Origin: Phycisphaera sp.
GTDB lineage: Bacteria > Planctomycetota > Phycisphaerae > Phycisphaerales > Zrk34
Direction of reading: 5' to 3'
Assembly: GCA_016125285.1 (NCBI GenBank)
Contig: WGMA01000016.1
Coordinates: 1 to 64,000 of the forward strand
Length of the DNA stretch: 64,000 bases
In this document: positions 36,523-48,166 of the stretch, piece after piece
How the letters are laid out: every line of letters begins with the position of its first letter
How positions within the stretch are numbered: position 1 is the stretch's first letter
Notes under the pieces: generated by a model
What the model saw: only the letters and a program-made list of their open reading frames with translations
What the model was told of the DNA's origin: nothing
Database searches by the model: none
Position numbers and translations under genes: made by a program

Positions 36523-37737
36523 TCACGTCGGCTTGGCGTCGTCGTTGGCGCGTGATCCGGCGGTCTGCTGGCGGTATCGGCCGGGCGTGACGCCGAGCCG
36601 CCGCTTGAAGAGCGTCGCCAGGTGCTGCGGGTGGGCGAAGCCGGTGCGCCGGGCGATCCGCTCGAGCGTCAGGTCCGTGTCGCGCAGTAGCCGCTGCACG
36701 TGCTCGAGGCGGACACGCGTGATCTCCGCCTTGGGCGATCGGCCGAGCGCGGCGCGCATCTTCCGCTCCAGCGAACTCCGCGACATCGGCACGGCGTCGA
36801 GCACGTCCTCCGTCGTGATGCCCCGGTCGGCGTTCTCGCGGATGAACCGCACCGCATCGGCGATGTCTGCGTCGGCGATCGCCACGACGTCCGAAGACTG
36901 ACGCGTGACGATGCCGATCGGCGGCACCTCGATGGCGCGCGGCTTCGTCGGCGTCTTCGCGCCGCGCCCGCCGCGCCCGCGCATCAGGCCGTCCAGCAGC
37001 CGCGCCGCTTCGTAGCCGATCCGCTCGGCGTTGAACGTCACGCTCGACAGCGGCGGCGTCGACATCAGGCAAAGCGACTCGTCGTTCTCCGCGCCGACCA
37101 CCGCCATCTCCTCCGGCACCGCCACGCCCGCGCGCCGGCACGCGTCCAGCAGCCAGAACCCCAACTGGTCCGTGCACGCCAGCACGCCCACCGGCTTAGG
37201 CAGCGACGTCACCCACGCCGCGAGCCGCTCCTGCTCGCGCTCCCACTCGCGCGGCTTCTCCCGCTGACCCGCCGCGTGGTACACGCTCACCTCGTGCCCC
37301 AGCTCGCGCAGGTACTTCACGAACGTGTCCCGCCGCTGTGCGAAGTACGCCTGCGTGTCAATGTCGTACACGGCGAACCGCGTGAAGCCGCGGTCGATCA
37401 GGTGCTCGGCGACCATGCGCCCCAGCGCCGCGTTGTCGACGCCAACGAACGGCAGGTCGTGCCGCAGGTGCGTGGCGCGCAGCTCCACCGCCGGCAGCCC
37501 GAGCCGACGGATCACGTTCGCCGTCGCCTGCACCTCCGTGCGCGTGAGGATCCCGTCGCCTCGCCACCGGCTCAGCCACGGCGGGGCGTTCGTGTCCAGG
37601 TGCCGCAACTCCACGTACAGCGACCACGGCCCGTGCTCGTCGACGTAACGCTTCACCCCGCGCAACAGCCCGCGGCCGTAGCTCCGCGACGTCTCGATCA
37701 GCAACGCCACGTGCGGCGTCTTACGCGTGCGCGCCAT
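36523..37737 (-). CDS. XylR-like transcriptional regulator (periplasmic-binding-protein-type sugar sensor plus AraC-family HTH)
   Basis: ORF trimmed to ATG 37737. The N-terminal LacI/PBP-like fold includes VALLIETSRSYGRGLLRG. The C-terminal AraC HTH includes SRSSLERKMRAALGRSPKAEI and GFAHPQHLATLFKRRLGVTPGRYR. Confidence 0.8.
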   Translation of the reverse strand: MARTRKTPHVALLIETSRSYGRGLLRGVKRYVDEHGPWSLYVELRHLDTNAPPWLSRWRGDGILTRTEVQATANVIRRLGLPAVELRATHLRHDLPFVGVDNAALGRMVAEHLIDRGFTRFAVYDIDTQAYFAQRRDTFVKYLRELGHEVSVYHAAGQREKPREWEREQERLAAWVTSLPKPVGVLACTDQLGFWLLDACRRAGVAVPEEMAVVGAENDESLCLMSTPPLSSVTFNAERIGYEAARLLDGLMRGRGGRGAKTPTKPRAIEVPPIGIVTRQSSDVVAIADADIADAVRFIRENADRGITTEDVLDAVPMSRSSLERKMRAALGRSPKAEITRVRLEHVQRLLRDTDLTLERIARRTGFAHPQHLATLFKRRLGVTPGRYRQQTAGSRANDDAKPT

Positions 37738-37858
37738 GTTGCGCCTCCGATCCGGGGGAAATCGCGTGACAAAAATTCGCAATAAGTTTACGCAATTCGT
37801 GAATGACACGCACGCGCCGCGCGTCGGATAATGGCCCGTAACCGATCACCGAGGCACG

Positions 37859-38650
37859 ATGACCATGAGCCACAACCGCCGCACTGCCTTCACACTCATC
37901 GAACTGCTCGTCGTCGTGTCCATCATCGTGTTGCTGGTCGCGATCCTGCTCCCGGCGATGAGCAAGGCGAAGGAGTCCGCCCGCCGCGTGGTCTGCGCGT
38001 CGAACCAGCACCAGATCGGCCTGGCCCAGACCTACTACGCCAACGATCATCAGCAGCGCCTGCCCCCGGCGTTCCGCGGGCTGACCTCAAAGAACGTCTT
38101 GCCGCACATCATCTCCGAGGACGTCTGGCCGCTGCTGCGCGACCGCAATCGCCTCACCGCACAGGTGATGTTCTGTCCGTCGAGCTACCGCCCCGTCAGC
38201 GGGACCACCGAGCGTGTCGGCGCGCCGGACGACGACCTGACGCTGTGGGCGGGCAACTCGTCCTGGCCGAGCGGCTGGGAGATCGGCTACTTCGTGCTCG
38301 GCAACATGTGGGGCATGTCGCCCGGCGCGACGGACCCGAAACCGGACGTGAAGATCACGCCGCGCACGCTCGCGGACCCGGGCATGTCGCACCTCACCGC
38401 CGACAAGAACATCTCGTGGCAGGCGAACACGAATACGGGCCTGCAGTGGATGGCTCACCCGGCCGACCGCGAAGGCACGACGATGCCCGACGGCACGAAT
38501 CGCGGCTACCTCGACGGCCACGTCGAGTGGGTGTTCCCCGACCACATGGGCCGCGACGAGACCGCGCTCGAGCCGACCGGCACGTGGATGTGGGGCGGCG
38601 TCGAGAAATACGACCACTGGACGCCGGGCGATCGACGCTACTACTGGTGA
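37859..38650 (+). CDS. Prepilin-type N-terminal domain protein, DUF1559-like
   Basis: [27 protein letters not shown] at the N-terminus and [10 protein letters not shown] near the C-terminus. Confidence 0.8.
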   Translation: MTMSHNRRTAFTLIELLVVVSIIVLLVAILLPAMSKAKESARRVVCASNQHQIGLAQTYYANDHQQRLPPAFRGLTSKNVLPHIISEDVWPLLRDRNRLTAQVMFCPSSYRPVSGTTERVGAPDDDLTLWAGNSSWPSGWEIGYFVLGNMWGMSPGATDPKPDVKITPRTLADPGMSHLTADKNISWQANTNTGLQWMAHPADREGTTMPDGTNRGYLDGHVEWVFPDHMGRDETALEPTGTWMWGGVEKYDHWTPGDRRYYW

Positions 38651-38651
38651 C

Positions 38652-40037
38652 ATGAATCCACTACACCAACAACACGACCGCTTAATGACCGCGTGCGTCG
38701 TCGCGCTGCTGCTCGTCGTTGGCGCGTTCGCGTCCACCGTGGCTCGCGCCGACGACAAGCCCAACTTTGTCGTCATCCTCACCGACGACCAGGGCTACGC
38801 GGACCTGGGCTGCTTCGGGTCGCCGACGATCCACACGCCGAATATCGATCGCATGGCGCGCGGCGGCGTTCGGCTCACGAGCTTCTACGCGGCCGCGCCG
38901 ATCTGCACGCCCACCCGCGCCGCGCTGATGACCGGCTGTTACGCCACGCGTGTCGGCCTGCCCACGCCGCTGCACGTCTTCGACGAGATCGGTCTCAACC
39001 CGGCCGAGGTCACGCTGCCGGAGGTCCTCCAGCAGCGCGGCTACCGCACGGCGTGCGTCGGCAAGTGGCACCTGGGTCACGCGCCGGCGTTCTATCCGAC
39101 GCGCCACGGCTTCGACGTCTACTGGGGCACGCCGCTCGGCCACATGTTCGACCGCCCCGCGGTAGGTAAGGCGGTGGGCGACACGTCCGACCTGTTCCTC
39201 GACAACGAGACCGCGATCGCGTTCCCCGACCACGGCGATCTGACCGAACGGCTCACCGACGTCGCGGTGCGATTCATCGCCGAGAACAAGCGGCGGCCGT
39301 TCTTCCTGTTCGTGTCGCACCCGATGCCGCACGAGCCGCTGGCCGTGTCGCCGCGCTTCGCCGGCAAGAGCAAGGGCGGGCTGTACGGCGATGTGATCGA
39401 GTGCATCGACTGGAGCACGGGCCGCATCCTCGCCGCGCTCGAAGAGCACGGGCTGACGGAGCGCACCGTCGTGATCTTCACCTCCGACAACGGCCCGAAG
39501 AAGGGGCACGGGTCGGCCGCGCCGCTGCGCGGATTCAAGCATCAGCCCTACGAAGGCGGCGTCCGCGTGCCGTGCGTCGCGTACGCGCCGGGGCGCATCC
39601 CCGCCGGGCGAACCGTTGACGCCATCACGACGGTCATGGACCTCTATCCGACGCTCGCCGGTCTGGCCGGTGCGCCGGTGTCGCCGCAGCAGGTGCGCGA
39701 CGGCAGGGACATCTGGCCGCTGCTGACCGGAGAGTCGAACGCCGAGCCGGCGCACCGTGAGTTCTTCTACTTCGTCCGGCACGGCGTGCTCGCCGGCGTG
39801 CGCGACGAACGCTGGAAGCTGCTCGAGCAGAAAGGGCTGACGGAGCTATTCGACCTCGTGGCGGACATCAGCGAATCGAGCAACGTCGCCGGGCAACACC
39901 CCGAGATTGTCGCGCGGCTGACCGCGCGCATGCAGGCGTTTGAGAAGGACGTGACGGAGACCAAACGCCCGCCCGCCGGCGCGAAGGCGACGACGCACGT
40001 GAGCAACGGGCAGCAGCATCAGGAGCAACGGCAATGA
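38652..40037 (+). CDS. Cys-type sulfatase (arylsulfatase A family)
   Basis: A signal peptide is followed by KPNFVVILTDDQGYADLGCFG and the active site CTPTRAALMTG. It starts 1 nt after the upstream stop. Confidence 0.9.
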   Translation: MNPLHQQHDRLMTACVVALLLVVGAFASTVARADDKPNFVVILTDDQGYADLGCFGSPTIHTPNIDRMARGGVRLTSFYAAAPICTPTRAALMTGCYATRVGLPTPLHVFDEIGLNPAEVTLPEVLQQRGYRTACVGKWHLGHAPAFYPTRHGFDVYWGTPLGHMFDRPAVGKAVGDTSDLFLDNETAIAFPDHGDLTERLTDVAVRFIAENKRRPFFLFVSHPMPHEPLAVSPRFAGKSKGGLYGDVIECIDWSTGRILAALEEHGLTERTVVIFTSDNGPKKGHGSAAPLRGFKHQPYEGGVRVPCVAYAPGRIPAGRTVDAITTVMDLYPTLAGLAGAPVSPQQVRDGRDIWPLLTGESNAEPAHREFFYFVRHGVLAGVRDERWKLLEQKGLTELFDLVADISESSNVAGQHPEIVARLTARMQAFEKDVTETKRPPAGAKATTHVSNGQQHQEQRQ

Positions 40038-40933
40038 TGAGACGACGTGAATTCTGCAAGACGATCGGCGTAGCCACGGGCGCGGTGCTCGGTGCACGCC
40101 TCGGCGTCGGCGCGGCCCACGCGGCCGATGCGCCGTTCAAGCTCAACTACCTCGTCGCATCGGCGTTGTACGGCAAGCTGCCGCTGGCGGAGGTCCTTCC
40201 GGAGGTATCGAAGCTCGGGTCGACGCACATCGACATCTGGCGACTCAATCACGCCAATCAGCGCGAGCAGATCGACGCGATGGGGCTCGACGCGTACGCC
40301 TCGCTGCTCGACCAGCACGACGTCAAGATGGCGTGCACGACGATCTGGGGCGGCGACTTCGTGCCCGAGCTCGACTTCGTCAAACGCTTCGGCGGCGACA
40401 CGCTCGTGACCGGCTTCGTGCCCGACTCGAGCAAGAAGGGCGACACAATCCAGACGCTGCTCGATAAACACCGTGCGGGCATCGAGAAGGCCGCGAGCCT
40501 CGGCGTGACCGTCGCGTTCGAGAACCACGGTGCGTCCATCGACGACATGCGCCGCTTCGCCGACGCGATCCGCGACATGAAGGGCGCCGGCATCGCGTTC
40601 GCCCCGTATCACCTGCCGCAGGACCCCGCGGCGCTGGCGTCGTTGATTGAACACATGGGCCCGACGATGAAGCTGTTCTACGGCTGGCAGCACGGCATGG
40701 GCTGCATGACCAAGCTGCCGAAGGAGCAGGAACTGCTGCAGCTGCCCGGTCGCGGCGACCTCGACTTCACGCCGCTGCTCACGGCACTCAAGAAGACCCA
40801 TTTCACCGGCTGGACCGAGATCTTCATGCACCCCACGCCGCGCGGCATCCCGATCATGCCCACCGCCGCGGAGGTCACCGCGGAGATCAACCGCGCACGC
40901 AACTATCTCGAACAATGCCTCGCGAAGGCGTGA
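40034..40933 (+). CDS. Tat-exported sugar phosphate isomerase/epimerase (xylose-isomerase-like TIM barrel)
   Basis: ATGA overlap with the upstream stop. The twin-arginine leader is MMRRREFCKTIGVATGAVLG. The TIM-barrel pattern includes THIDIW, VAFENHG and WTEIFMH. Confidence 0.7.
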   Translation: MMRRREFCKTIGVATGAVLGARLGVGAAHAADAPFKLNYLVASALYGKLPLAEVLPEVSKLGSTHIDIWRLNHANQREQIDAMGLDAYASLLDQHDVKMACTTIWGGDFVPELDFVKRFGGDTLVTGFVPDSSKKGDTIQTLLDKHRAGIEKAASLGVTVAFENHGASIDDMRRFADAIRDMKGAGIAFAPYHLPQDPAALASLIEHMGPTMKLFYGWQHGMGCMTKLPKEQELLQLPGRGDLDFTPLLTALKKTHFTGWTEIFMHPTPRGIPIMPTAAEVTAEINRARNYLEQCLAKA

Positions 40934-40974
40934 TTGTCATCAGTAACCCCATCGACCGCACGAAGGAAGCACCC

Positions 40975-41562
40975 ATGAGTAACAAGGTTCTTATCGTCAT
41001 CGGCGACGCGTCCGAGACGCTCGACACGATGTATCCGTTCTACCGCCTGCAGGAGGCGGGGTTCACGCCCGTCGTCGCCGCGCCGGAGAAGCGGAAGTAC
41101 CAGATGGTCATGCACGAGGTGAAGCCCGGCTGGACCATCACCAAGGAGTGGGAGGGCTACACGATCGACGCCGACGTGGCGTTCGCGGAGATCGACCCCG
41201 ATGACTACGCCGGCATCTTCTTCAGCGGCGGGCGCGCGCCGGAGTACATCCGCTACGACGAGGACCTCGTGCGCGTCACGCGGCACTTCTTCGATCGCGA
41301 CAAGCCGATCGCCAGCGTGTGCCACGGCGTGGAGATCCCGGCGTACGCGGGCTGCGTGAAGGGCCGACGGATGGCGACCGTGCCGAAGTGCAGGTTCGAC
41401 CTGGAGGTGTGCGGCGGCGTGTTCGTCGACGAGGCGTGCGTGGTGGACGGCAACCTCGTGAGCGGGCGCACGTTTCACGACAACGGGCGGTACTTCGGCG
41501 CGTTCATCAAGCTGCTCGAAGAGGCGCGTGCGGCGGCAAACGCGGAGGCGCGCAGCGCGTGA
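40975..41562 (+). CDS. DJ-1/PfpI family protein
   Basis: ORF trimmed to ATG 40975. [11 protein letters not shown] and the nucleophile elbow [12 protein letters not shown] are present. Confidence 0.8.
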   Translation: MSNKVLIVIGDASETLDTMYPFYRLQEAGFTPVVAAPEKRKYQMVMHEVKPGWTITKEWEGYTIDADVAFAEIDPDDYAGIFFSGGRAPEYIRYDEDLVRVTRHFFDRDKPIASVCHGVEIPAYAGCVKGRRMATVPKCRFDLEVCGGVFVDEACVVDGNLVSGRTFHDNGRYFGAFIKLLEEARAAANAEARSA

Positions 41563-43826
41563 GGCTGACGCTCTACATCTCGATGATGGCGACGTTGCTC
41601 ATGTGCGGACTCGCGCACGCGGCGGATGCGCCGCAGGCATCGCACCCGATCGTGCCGGGCTTCGAGCGGTTCTACGCGACCGGCGAACTCGACGACGCGG
41701 CGCTGGCCGACGGCGGCGAGTTGCTGCTGGCCGAGCTGAACTGCGTGGCGTGCCACGCGGTGGACGACGCGACGCGCGCCCGGCTCAACGCTAAGCCCGC
41801 GCCGGACCTGACGAACGTCGGCACGCGCCTCGATCGAACAGCGATCCGCGACATGATGCTCGCCCCGCACACGCTCAAGGCGGGCACGACCATGCCCGCG
41901 ATGTTCGCCGGTGACGACGGACCGAAGCGTATCGGCATGATCGTCAGCTTCCTCGCGTCGCTGAGCGGCGCCGGGGCGGACGGCGAGCGCGCGTCATCGT
42001 CGGCGCCGTCGCCGGGCGGTTCCGCTGAGCGCGGACGTACCGTGTATCACACCGTCGGCTGTGTGGCGTGTCACGACGCGGATCGCGGCACGGGTGACAG
42101 GGCCGAGGCTTTGCCAACGTCCGTGCCGATCGCGCTGGCGGGGCGATACGACGTGTCGGCGCTCGCGGCGTTTCTGCGCGATCCGTTGGCGGCGCGACCG
42201 GCGGGGCGCATGCCCGCGACGCACCTGACGGCGCAGGAGGCCGCGGACGTCGCGGCGTACCTGCATCAACGGCTGGAGAACGACACGGGTGAAGGGCCGC
42301 CACACCTGGGCCGCATGCCGGCGCACGTCATCGCCGAGGGACAGCGTCAGTTCACCGAGCGGGGCTGTGCGGCGTGCCACACGGTCACGATCAACGGCCG
42401 ACGCCTCGCGTCGACGCGCACCGCGCCGTCGCTGGCGACGCTGCAACCCGAACAACGCGCCGGTTGCATGAACGCCGAGGCGACCGATGGCGTGCCGCAC
42501 TACGGACTCAACGACCGGCAGCGTGCCGCGCTGACCGCGGCGATCGTCCGGCTGCGCGATGACAACATCAAGCCGCTCACACTCGCGCAGCGCGTCGATC
42601 GGACGATGACGCAGCTCAACTGCTACGCGTGTCACAAGCGCGGCGACAAGGGCGGCGTCGAGGCCGAGCGCGCGGCGTATTACACGGTGACCGAGCCGAA
42701 GGCCGAGGCGCTGGGCCCCGAGGGCAAGCTGCCGCCGGTGCTGACGATGGTGGGGCGGAAACTGACGCGCGAGGCGCTCGGTGCGGTGCTCGCCGGCAAA
42801 GCGGATCGCGTGCGGCCGTACATGGGCGTGCGCATGCCGGCGTTCGGCGCGGCGGCGACCGCGCATCTTGTCGACGACTTCGACAAGGCCGACGTGTGGG
42901 ACCACCCGATCCAAATCGACACGTCGGGTGGACTGCGTCACCAGCGCGAGCGGTACGGTCGCTCGCTGATCGGCGTCGAGGGCCTGAACTGCGTGACGTG
43001 TCACGGGATCAAGGGCAAGGCGTCGCTCGGCGTGCCCGCGCCGGACCTGACGTACGTGACGCATCGGCTACAACCGGAGTACTTCAAGGCGATGCTGCTG
43101 AACCCGCAGGCGTTGCGGCCAGGCACGATGATGCCGCCGCTGTTCACGGGGCGGAAGAACGCGGACATCGAGATCGAGCAGCTGTGGACGTACCTGAAGG
43201 AGGCGGACCAGCGACCGCTGCCGACGGGGCTGCTGGATCGCGGCACGTACGAGTTGAAGCCGGACGCGACGAGCGGGCCGATCGTGTTCCGCACGTTCAT
43301 GGAAGGACCGAAGGGCGAGGCGCTGACACGTGCGATCGCGGTGGGGATGCCGTCGAAGACGCACGCGGCGTTCGACGCGACGCGCGGTGCGTGGGTGATG
43401 GCGTGGCGCGGCGCGTTCATCGACGCGATGGGCACGTGGGACGACCGCTTCGCGCCGCTGGCCAAGCCGCTCGGCGACGACGTGCGCGCGCTGCCGGTCG
43501 GGCCGACGCTGGCGCGGCTCACGAGCGGCGACGCGAAGTGGCCCGGCGCGTGGGCCGATCGCGACGTTTACCGCTTCGGCGGATACCGCGTCGGTAAGGA
43601 CGGCGGGGTGACGATGCTTTACACGGTCGACGGCTTGTCGGTGGAGGACACGCTGCACGCCGCGTCGGACGGGCACGGGCTGCGGCGAACGGTGAAGCTG
43701 AGCGCTCGTGGCGGTGAGGATGCGGCACGCGACTGGTGGTTCCGCGGCTACGGGCACACCGCGGAACCACGGCGCGTGTCGCTGACCGACGGCGTGGAGA
43801 CGATCGAGGAGGTGATCACGTGGTGA
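41559..43826 (+). CDS. Secreted multi-CxxCH c-type cytochrome domain protein (PVC-type heme-binding)
   Basis: GTG 41559 overlaps the upstream stop (ATG 41583 is an alternative). The signal peptide is [16 protein letters not shown]. There are five CxxCH motifs: CVACH twice, CAACH, CYACH and CVTCH. Confidence 0.8.
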   Translation: MRLTLYISMMATLLMCGLAHAADAPQASHPIVPGFERFYATGELDDAALADGGELLLAELNCVACHAVDDATRARLNAKPAPDLTNVGTRLDRTAIRDMMLAPHTLKAGTTMPAMFAGDDGPKRIGMIVSFLASLSGAGADGERASSSAPSPGGSAERGRTVYHTVGCVACHDADRGTGDRAEALPTSVPIALAGRYDVSALAAFLRDPLAARPAGRMPATHLTAQEAADVAAYLHQRLENDTGEGPPHLGRMPAHVIAEGQRQFTERGCAACHTVTINGRRLASTRTAPSLATLQPEQRAGCMNAEATDGVPHYGLNDRQRAALTAAIVRLRDDNIKPLTLAQRVDRTMTQLNCYACHKRGDKGGVEAERAAYYTVTEPKAEALGPEGKLPPVLTMVGRKLTREALGAVLAGKADRVRPYMGVRMPAFGAAATAHLVDDFDKADVWDHPIQIDTSGGLRHQRERYGRSLIGVEGLNCVTCHGIKGKASLGVPAPDLTYVTHRLQPEYFKAMLLNPQALRPGTMMPPLFTGRKNADIEIEQLWTYLKEADQRPLPTGLLDRGTYELKPDATSGPIVFRTFMEGPKGEALTRAIAVGMPSKTHAAFDATRGAWVMAWRGAFIDAMGTWDDRFAPLAKPLGDDVRALPVGPTLARLTSGDAKWPGAWADRDVYRFGGYRVGKDGGVTMLYTVDGLSVEDTLHAASDGHGLRRTVKLSARGGEDAARDWWFRGYGHTAEPRRVSLTDGVETIEEVITW

Positions 43827-45355
43827 ACGTGCGCTTAACGATGCTGGCGATCGCGACGCTTGCGCTCGCCGCGACGTGCGCGTTCGGCGCGGCGACGCCG
43901 CCCGACGCGTCGGCCGAGTCGGCGCAACGCCAAGCGGCGCGCGCCGACGAGATCGCGCGACACTACCAGACGGTCACCGTCCCGTTGCCCAGCGGGCTCA
44001 AGCTCGAGGCGAGCGGCCTGGCGGCGTTGCCAGACGGGCGACTCGCGATCGCCATCCGCAAGGGCGAGGTGTGGATCGCCGACGGCGTCGAGTCGAAGAC
44101 GCTCACCGACAAGAACGTGCGTTTCACCCGCTTCGCATCCGGTCTGCACGAGCCGCTCGGTCTGACGCTGCACGACGGTGACCTCTACACGACGCAGCGC
44201 AGCGAGGTGACGCACCTGCGAGACACCGACGGTGACGGCGTGGTCGACGAATACCTCACCGCCGGGACGGGCTGGGGCGTGTCGGGCAACTATCACGAAT
44301 ACGCGTACGGCCCGGTGTTCGATCACGCAGGGCGCATGTGGGTGACGCTTAACACGACGATCGGCAAGCCGCTCGTCGATGACGTGGCGTGGCGCGGCTG
44401 GTCGATGGTGCAGGACAAGCCCGGCGGGGACATGCGGCCGGTCAGCGCGGGCCTGCGCTCGCCGATCGGCATCGGCGTCAATCACGAGGGCGATGTGTTC
44501 GCGACGGATCACCAGGGCAACTGGTTCCCGACGTGTCCGCTGCTACACCTCAAGCCCGGCGCGTTTCACGGACACGCCGATGCGCTCAAGTCATCGAAGC
44601 TGGCGGGCGCGACAGTCACCGGCATCGGCAAGCTGCCGGAAGGTAAGACGGTCGGCGAGGTGGCGCAGCTTGTGTCGCAGTATCAACTCCCGGCGGTGTG
44701 GTTCCCGTACGGCAAGATGGGGCAGGGCACGACGGGGATCGTGTGCGACGAGACCGGCGGGAAGTTCGGGCCGTTCGAGCACCAGTTCTTTGTCGGCGAG
44801 TTCACGCTGTCGCGCGTGAGCCGGGTGTGGCTGGAGAAGGTCGGCGGCGAGTATCAGGGCGCGTGCTTCCCGTTCCTGGCGGGGTTTGACTCGGCGGTGG
44901 TGTCGCTGGAGTTCGGGCGCGACGGTTCGCTGTTCGTCGGCGAGACGAACCGCGGGTGGAACTCGGTCGGCGTGCGATCCTTCGGGCTGCAGCGCGTGCG
45001 ATTCACGGGCAAGACGCCGTTCGAGATCCAGTCGATGAGCGCGACGTCGGACGGGTTCGTGCTGACGTTCACCGAGCCTGTCGACACGAAGACGGCGGGC
45101 GACCCGGCGGCGTACCGCATGAGCAGTTACACGTACCGCTACAGCCCGGCGTACGGCGGCGACGAGACGAACACGCGGCGGCTCACGATCAGCGCCGCGC
45201 GCGTGCTCGACGAGCGCCGCGTACGGCTGACCGTCGACGGCCTGCGCGCGACGTACGTGCACGAGCTGCACGCCGAGGGCGTGCGCGCCGCCGACGGACG
45301 CACGCTGCTGCACGCCGAGGCGTACTACACGCTCAATCGCATCCCGTCGGAGTGA
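43823..45355 (+). CDS. Beta-propeller dehydrogenase-like protein (PVC putative membrane-bound dehydrogenase / sorbosone-dehydrogenase-like)
   Basis: GTGA overlap with the upstream stop, plus a signal peptide. [54 protein letters not shown] and [13 protein letters not shown] are present. I recall the family pairing with CxxCH proteins in PVC genomes. Confidence 0.65.
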   Translation: MNVRLTMLAIATLALAATCAFGAATPPDASAESAQRQAARADEIARHYQTVTVPLPSGLKLEASGLAALPDGRLAIAIRKGEVWIADGVESKTLTDKNVRFTRFASGLHEPLGLTLHDGDLYTTQRSEVTHLRDTDGDGVVDEYLTAGTGWGVSGNYHEYAYGPVFDHAGRMWVTLNTTIGKPLVDDVAWRGWSMVQDKPGGDMRPVSAGLRSPIGIGVNHEGDVFATDHQGNWFPTCPLLHLKPGAFHGHADALKSSKLAGATVTGIGKLPEGKTVGEVAQLVSQYQLPAVWFPYGKMGQGTTGIVCDETGGKFGPFEHQFFVGEFTLSRVSRVWLEKVGGEYQGACFPFLAGFDSAVVSLEFGRDGSLFVGETNRGWNSVGVRSFGLQRVRFTGKTPFEIQSMSATSDGFVLTFTEPVDTKTAGDPAAYRMSSYTYRYSPAYGGDETNTRRLTISAARVLDERRVRLTVDGLRATYVHELHAEGVRAADGRTLLHAEAYYTLNRIPSE

Positions 45356-45390
45356 TCGGCGTAGCACCGTGCGACATCCCTGAAAATGAC

Positions 45391-45426
45391 CAATGCCCGA
45401 GGCGCTCCACTCGCCATCGGGCATTG
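45391..45426. terminator. Stem-loop between convergent genes (candidate bidirectional terminator)
   Basis: CAATGCCCGA-(16 nt)-TCGGGCATTG forms a perfect 10-bp stem. Confidence 0.55.
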
Positions 45427-45455
45427 CTCGTTTGTGTCGAACTGATCTGTCGTGT

Positions 45456-46652
45456 TTACCGCTGCGCCTGCAGCGGTGTCGACTGCATCCGCTGCCAGCC
45501 GACGGTGGAGCCGACGTTGGGGTCGAGATTGGCGTTGTTGGACAGCAGGTATTCGCCGGACTCGGAAACCCACACGTCGCGGTAGCTGCTGGGCAGGTCG
45601 ACGGTGTTGCCGGTGTAGGGGTTGGCGTACTGATCGACGCCGCGGACGTAATTGGAGAACTGGCGATTGACACGGTCGTAGGTGCGCTGCTGGTTCTCGT
45701 ACGCGGATCGGTTGATCTCGCGGATCTCGTCGCTGGCGCGGGCGATGTAGCGGCTCAGCTCGCCGGCGCTGCGGATCGCCCCGGCCTGGCGGTTGTTGAA
45801 CAGCTGCACGACGTAGAGGTATTCGGTGAGCCACTCGGGGCTGACGCGGACGCTCGACACCATCGCGTGCATCACGTCGGACCGCGCGTTGAGCTGACCG
45901 GCGGGGGCGCGGAACGAGTAGAGCCGCACCGGCGTCCACAGCGTCGTGCCCGGCGCGACGGGGCTGGTGGTGTAGGCGATCGCGACGTAAAAGTCTTCTT
46001 CGTACGCGACGCCGTGGAAGTAGTACGCGATGCGGATGCGTTCGGCGGAGACGGTCTTGCGGGTGCTCGGCTCGGCGATGGACGTGGCGAGCGTCTGCGC
46101 GACGTCGCGCATCTCGCGGTGGTCGACGAGGCGCGGCTGGATGCCCGGGCGGATGCTCGGCAGCAACTGGTCGACATACTGCACCGGCGACAGCGGCCGA
46201 GCGACGATGTTGCCGAGGTAGTTGCTGCCCTCGGGGAATCCGTAGTAGCCGCGATCGGACCACGTGTAGTTGATCGACGGGTAGACCTGCAACGCCTCGC
46301 CGCCGTCGGGGTTCCACGCCAGCATCGACACGGCCGCGAGGTTCGAGCGGTCGTGCATCCACACCACGCCACCCTGGCTGCGCCAGCCCTGCGGCACGAG
46401 CATGCGGAACGCTTCGATGTTGTTGATCTGCGCGTCGCGGACGACGAGCGGCGCGAGGCGCACGGCCTGGCCCGCCAGCGACGGATCGGCCTGCTGGCCG
46501 CGCGTCGCCGCGGGCGCCGCGATCAGGATCGCCACCACGATCGCCGACCCGAGCCCGCGCCCCGGACGTCTCGGCCCGCGCGGCTTACGCTGCACGCCCC
46601 GACTCGACTGTTCTCGATTCCCCCGCATCGAACTGTGATTCAGCGTCTGCAT
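45456..46652 (-). CDS. Hypothetical secreted protein
   Basis: ORF trimmed to ATG 46652. A basic N-terminus precedes the hydrophobic segment AIVVAILIAAPAA. 398 aa with high GC3. No family was recognised. Confidence 0.5.
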   Translation of the reverse strand: MQTLNHSSMRGNREQSSRGVQRKPRGPRRPGRGLGSAIVVAILIAAPAATRGQQADPSLAGQAVRLAPLVVRDAQINNIEAFRMLVPQGWRSQGGVVWMHDRSNLAAVSMLAWNPDGGEALQVYPSINYTWSDRGYYGFPEGSNYLGNIVARPLSPVQYVDQLLPSIRPGIQPRLVDHREMRDVAQTLATSIAEPSTRKTVSAERIRIAYYFHGVAYEEDFYVAIAYTTSPVAPGTTLWTPVRLYSFRAPAGQLNARSDVMHAMVSSVRVSPEWLTEYLYVVQLFNNRQAGAIRSAGELSRYIARASDEIREINRSAYENQQRTYDRVNRQFSNYVRGVDQYANPYTGNTVDLPSSYRDVWVSESGEYLLSNNANLDPNVGSTVGWQRMQSTPLQAQR

Positions 46653-46828
46653 GACCTTTCCCCTGTCTGGCCCACGACGTGGCATCGCCGGGCGTTCTTG
46701 TCTTCGTGTTCCTCACCGCAACGCCGTGTTGCGTGCTGTATACCCGAACAATAGTGTTCAAAATACACGAAGTCAAAGAATCGGGGAAATAACGTACATT
46801 TCGCATAAGTTGGGCTGGAAACGGAGAT

Positions 46829-48145
46829 TCAGGTGAGGCTCAGCGGGCCGTCGGCGCAGTAGTCGGGGTTGCCGAAGGTGTTGATGCGGTGGCCGAACCC
46901 GTGGGCGAGCGCCATCAGCAGGCGGTTGTGGGCGACGCCCTTGAACTTCAGCGAGCGGCCCATCTTGAAGTCGAGCCCGCCGCCGACCAGCACGAACGGG
47001 ATGTTGTCCAGCGTGTGGCTGTTGCCCTTGCCCAGCTCGTTGGTCCAGACGATCAGCGTGTTGTCGAGCAGCGTACCCTCGCCGCCGGGCTCGGGCGTCT
47101 CGGCGAGCTTCTTGGTGAGGTACGCCAGCTGCTCGCAGTACCACTTGTTGATGCGTGTGAGCTTGTCCTTCGCGTCGTTGTTGGAGTCCGGCTCGTGCGA
47201 CAGCCCGTGGTGTCCCTCGTCGATGCCCAGCCAGCGCATCTTCGCCTGCCCGACCGAGCGGGTGAACTGCAGCGTGGCGATGCGGGCGAAGTCCGCGGCG
47301 AAGCTGTTGACCAGCAGGTCGATCTGCGTCTGGCTGATCTTCGGCATGTTGTCGTTGTCTTCGACGATGCCCGGCTCGAGCGTCGGCACGGCGTGGTCGT
47401 TGCCGCGCTGCTTCGACGCCTGCAGCTCGCGCTCCATCTCGCGCACCCACTGCGCGTGCTCCTCGAGCAGGCGGCGGTCGTCGGCGCTGACACGCGTGCG
47501 CAGCTTAGCGAGGTCTTCCTGCAGCTCGTCGAGCACGCTCTTGAGCGACTCCTGGTCCTTCACGCGGCCGTACATCTTGTCGAACATCTGGTACGGGTCG
47601 TCGATCGGCGCCAGCGGCTGGTTCGGCCCGGCGTACGACATGCGTGTCCAGGTGTCGGCGCGTTCGGGCACCATGACGCCGAACTCCAGCGAGCCGAAGC
47701 GCGTGCGCGTCGCGGCGTTCTTCTGCAGCTGGTTCTTGATCTCCTGGTCGATGGAGATGCCGCTGGACCAACCGGCGGGCGTGTGCGAGCCGCCCTGGAT
47801 GTTGCCGGGGAACAGCTCGATGCCGGTCAGCAGGCAGCCGATGCCGCGCATGTGGTTGTCGCCGTCGCCGCGCACCTTGTCGCACACGCCGTTGAGGAAC
47901 AGCGTGCGGTTCTTGAACGGTTCGAGCGGCGAGGTCGAGTCCTTGAGGTTGTAGTTTTCGCCTTCCTCGCCGGGCCAGAAGTTCTCGGGGATCACGCCGT
48001 TGGGGCTGAACATGACGATCAGCCGCTTCTTGCGCTGCGTGGTCTGCGCGAAGCCGAGGCTGGGCATGTTGAGCAGGAACGGCAGGGCGGCGGCGCTGAG
48101 GCCGAGCTCCTGCATGAACTGTCGTCGTGTCTGTGGCTTGCCCAT
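46829..48145 (-). CDS. DUF1552 family protein (Tat-type leader)
   Basis: [54 protein letters not shown] and IPFVLVGGG are present. It lacks the GGWDTH signature that I would expect of DUF1501. Confidence 0.7.
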   Translation of the reverse strand: MGKPQTRRQFMQELGLSAAALPFLLNMPSLGFAQTTQRKKRLIVMFSPNGVIPENFWPGEEGENYNLKDSTSPLEPFKNRTLFLNGVCDKVRGDGDNHMRGIGCLLTGIELFPGNIQGGSHTPAGWSSGISIDQEIKNQLQKNAATRTRFGSLEFGVMVPERADTWTRMSYAGPNQPLAPIDDPYQMFDKMYGRVKDQESLKSVLDELQEDLAKLRTRVSADDRRLLEEHAQWVREMERELQASKQRGNDHAVPTLEPGIVEDNDNMPKISQTQIDLLVNSFAADFARIATLQFTRSVGQAKMRWLGIDEGHHGLSHEPDSNNDAKDKLTRINKWYCEQLAYLTKKLAETPEPGGEGTLLDNTLIVWTNELGKGNSHTLDNIPFVLVGGGLDFKMGRSLKFKGVAHNRLLMALAHGFGHRINTFGNPDYCADGPLSLT

Positions 48146-48166
48146 GGCGCTACTCCTTGCCCTTCC

